Shown in pieces: positions 63,559-64,000 of a stretch of DNA of 64,000 nt. The stretch's first letter is position 1. Each line of letters starts with the position of its first letter. The position numbers and the translations under genes were made by a program. The stretch comes from Paraspadella gotoi (taxonomy: Eukaryota > Animalia > Chaetognatha), in assembly GCA_051294375.1 (NCBI GenBank), contig CM119271.1, positions 1,482,721 through 1,546,720 of the forward strand, read 5' to 3'. The notes beneath the pieces were generated by a model. The model was not told where the DNA came from. It saw only the letters and a program-made list of their open reading frames with translations, and ran no database searches.

Positions 63559-64000
63559 ATGGAGGAGGCGGCGCCGACGATGTCTGCCCCGGTCGGCGAA
63601 GACGTTACTGTGCTACAAGTCGATCAGACAGAGACGGTGGGTGAGAGAGAGCTATTCAAAGATACTTTAGTATAAAAATGAGTTATAAAATTTACATTCT
63701 ATTTACCGTTTTTATCTCCAGGTCGTTGACTCTCGAACGGACAGTAGCGGCTCCGCTTTGGCACCCGAGGAGATCGATAGGGGTAACTTAAACAGCGGTC
63801 TGGGCGGCGGACGGGAGGTGGACGACGGAACGAGAGAGCGAAGTAATCGATTTAAAAAACTTTTTTAGTTTTATTCAAAGAATTTGAAATCAAACTTTGT
63901 CTTACTTCTTAAACCCCGCCCGCCGCCCTTCTTCAGCCAACACGGAAGAGAGTTGGGTTTTGTTGGACGACAAAGATGTATCAAAGGGCGTCCCACCGCT
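63559..64000 (+). CDS. 5' exons of an unidentified gene (MEEAAPTMSAPVGED.../VVDSRTDSS.../ANTEESWVLLDDKD...), running off the window
   Basis: Three GC-rich exons joined in frame by GT-AG introns. Confidence 0.55.

Overview
Eukaryotic (invertebrate animal-type) genomic DNA with GC/CpG-rich exons and AT-rich, repeat-filled introns. All recognisable genes lie on the + strand: RNPS1; a truncated TPR-only TTC3 paralog; a full TTC3/DZIP3-family RING-H2 E3 ligase; an ATP7 copper P1B-ATPase; an ABCA (ABCA5-like) transporter whose second intron hosts an apparently complete PRDM9-like gene (aKRAB, SSXRD-like, Zn knuckle, PR/SET, C2H2 minisatellite array); and the start of an unidentified gene. The introns hold two related miniature LTR retroelements (TRIMs) with tRNA-type Pol III boxes in their LTRs, extended tRNA-Trp complementarity and covarying RNA structure. 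They also hold a family of Penelope-type minimal hammerhead ribozymes (one inside a perfect 64-bp hairpin), hAT, Kolobok-like, Helentron-like and foldback DNA elements, SINEs and minisatellites. Exon models were read by eye, and family assignments rest on recalled motifs rather than database searches.
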